The position numbers were made by a program, and so were the translations under genes. The notes beneath the pieces were generated by a model. That model worked only from the letters and a program-made list of their open reading frames with translations. It made no database searches and was not told the origin of the DNA. From Paraspadella gotoi (Eukaryota; Animalia; Chaetognatha), in assembly GCA_051294375.1 (NCBI GenBank), contig CM119271.1, positions 17,013,799 to 17,077,798 on the forward strand: 64,000 bases of DNA, in the 5' to 3' direction. Positions 61,170 through 64,000 of this stretch are shown here, piece by piece. The number at the start of each line of letters is the position of its first letter. The first letter of the stretch is position 1.

Positions 61170-62690
61170 TTTGGAATAGATGGATAATGCGATTGACTAG
61201 ATGGACATGGCAGATGGATAGCAAGAATAGATGGATAGAATGAATGCGATTTTTTATAGAAGAATAGATGATAGATGGAAATGGATAGATGAATGGTTGG
61301 ATAGCATGGCATGGATAGATATGCAATCGATGACTGATATACTGACAATAAATAGATGACAACTAGAGAACATGGATGCCCACGCCACCTTTATAGAACA
61401 AGAATAGAATGGTCATGATGGATGGATAGACTGCAATGGATGGACTAGAAGAATAGATGATAGGATGAATTGATGTATAGATAATAGTATGATAGATGAT
61501 GATAGATGAATGGATTTATCAGAGATATAGTATGGCATAGATGGATTGGATAGTATGGAATAATGCAATAGAAGAAATAGTGGATAGATGAATGGATAGA
61601 TAGTATGAATGAATGAGTTTAGAAGAATAAGATGATAGATGAATGGATAGATGGAATGGACGCGATGAGAAGAATAGCAGGAATAGATGGATGGATAGAA
61701 GAATAGATGGATAGTAACGCATATACAGGAATTGGCATGAACGGTTGCGAAAAGACTAATGATCGAAACAACTTGTGCTGTGGAAGGTCTCGAAAGAAGA
61801 GAGAGAGGAGAGACATCTGAGACGAGACCTGAGATGAGATGAGCAGCGCGAGCATGGTCGATCAACCAGTAAGATTATGTCTCATTGAGATGCACGACCC
61901 TTGATTCTTCATTATCGAAAAATAAAGAAAAAAATCAATGCAAAAAAATTAGATTTTGTGCATTGAAATTGATAAACGTTAAAAATTGTTCATTTATTCA
62001 TAATTGGTTATAATAACTATAAAATATTCTACTAACTATTGAATTTAATAATCTCCTCTTNNNNNNNNNNNNNNNNNNNNNNNNNATCTAGTCTTTTCCA
62101 ACCGTCCATCCATCTATTCTTCTATCCATCTATTCTTCTATCCATCCATCTATCCATCTATTCTTCTATCCGTCCATTCATCTATCCATTCATCTATCCA
62201 TCTATTCTTCTATTCATTCATTCATCTATCTATCCATTCATCTATCCATCTATTCTTCTATTCATTCATTCATCTATCCATCCATCTATCCATCTATTCT
62301 TCTATAAATCCATTCATCTATCCATTCATCTATCCATCTATTATTCTATACATCAATTCATCTATCCATCTATTCTTCTATCCATCCATTCATCTATCCA
62401 TCCATCTATCCATCTATTCTTCTATACATCCATCTATCCATCTATTCTTCTATACATCCATTCATCTATCCATCCATCTATCCAACCATTCATCTATCCA
62501 TCCATCTATCCATCTATTCTTCTATACATCCATTCATCTATCCATCTATTCTTCTATCCATTCATTCATCTATCAATCCATCTATCCATCTATTCTTCTA
62601 TCCATCCATCCATTCATCTATCCATTCATCTATCCATCTATTCTTCTATCCATCCATTCATCTATCCATCCCACCATCCCTCATCGATTT
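61170..62690. repeat. (ctatccatctattctt/catt)n satellite in two opposite orientations
   Basis: Clean array at 62100-62690 (+) and a noisy reverse-complement array at 61170-61720. Confidence 0.85.
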
Positions 62691-62767
62691 AGCCTCAAGT
62701 CTTTCAGTTGCCCCTCGGGTTAATAACATCTGATACAACAATAACAAAAAAATATTCGTTATGCTCC

Positions 62768-62839
<72 letters not shown>

Positions 62840-62972
62840 ACTTTTTTTATTTCAGGATAAAATAATTAATAATTATTAACGCAACAATTGATCTTTAAAT
62901 TTGATTAAAGGTAAGGTGCCATAAAATAATTTGGTCGAAATCCTTTTGTATTCATCTATTCATCACTAAACA

Positions 62973-63016
<44 letters not shown>

Positions 63017-64000
63017 TCTCCCTCTCTATCTCATTTTCCCGCTTTGGAATACTCTCTTCCCTCTCTCTTTACCCTTTGAACTACGACGCTTCCTTTTACT
63101 GTTTCTCTCTCATCATTTAGTCTCGTGTAATGCGTTAAAAACATTTTAACTTTTAATGTTTTCTATGAAATAGGTACAACCAATATAAAAAATAATTCAT
63201 TCATTTAATAAATGTCTTTATATAATTCATTACAATCAGTTCTAATTTATAATCTAATAGAATAATTTTTTCAGATGATATTTAATATTAAATATTAAAT
63301 AATAATTAAATAATCATTAATCACGTTTAAACTTATACTGAGTATAAGTTTATAAATCTCCTCTTGTATAGCTTTATTTATTTATTCATTGACTAATTTT
63401 ATTTTACTTTTTATTTATTTACTTATATATTTAATTCATCACCTTTACTTACCTTTTTCTTCGCGGCGCCCTCTTGAGTTCAAACTTTTTTTCGTCTTTT
63501 GTCTTTTGTTTTCGAAAACATCAAAAGGAGACGTCTCTCCCCCCCTAGAGAGAGAAAGAGAACCCACACCCACACCAGCACAGCTATGGAGCCTAGGAGA
63601 TGTGGCTACAAAACCCAGAATAGGGAGGAAGACCTAATGGGATAACACGAGACGGAGCGAAACTCAAAAGACCAACAAACACGACCGACGGAAGACGAAA
63701 CATTCCATCCCGTCAGCAGAACTTACCGAATAAAGTCAGAAATCCCGACACACAAGAGAACATCACGACACCAAACTACAAGCCGATGGCAATACGTAAT
63801 CCAAAACGACCGACAATAGCCACGAGAACGAACGACGAACGACGAGAAAACGAGCGACGAAAACGAGCACAACCGAGCCGTCAAGAAAATAAGACAGAAG
63901 AAATCACTTAACTGAAAAAAAAATAGAGAATGACATATGCTACACGACATAAACACGACACACCAAAGACAACGACCGCAATAGAGAAAAAATGACAGAT

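Overview
AT-rich, microsatellite-laden eukaryotic (invertebrate-like metazoan) draft sequence with N gaps. Several gaps are exactly 25 N and sit next to indel-rich, duplicated sequence, so some structure may be assembly artefact. Host genes are a tandem cluster of C2H2 zinc-finger genes on the + strand (25.2-40.6 kb), including a 19-finger protein and an apparent chimeric paralog. Mobile DNA dominates. It includes a full-length but frameshifted CsRn1/Kabuki-type Gypsy LTR retrotransposon (13183-20984, TSD AATA), a decayed APE-type LINE (58-61 kb), Helentron/DINE-1-like elements, hAT- and Kolobok-like MITEs, satellites, and two Penelope-type minimal hammerhead ribozyme motifs. The standout is a 665-bp non-coding LTR element (TRIM, 40924-41588, - strand). 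It has TG..CA LTRs, a PBS, a PPT and a 4-bp TSD. Its LTRs carry a tRNA-derived Pol III promoter and a twister-ribozyme-like segment, there is a solo LTR at 46615-46894, and its cis-signals resemble those of the Gypsy in the same window. Most long ORFs in the track are microsatellite read-through and were rejected.
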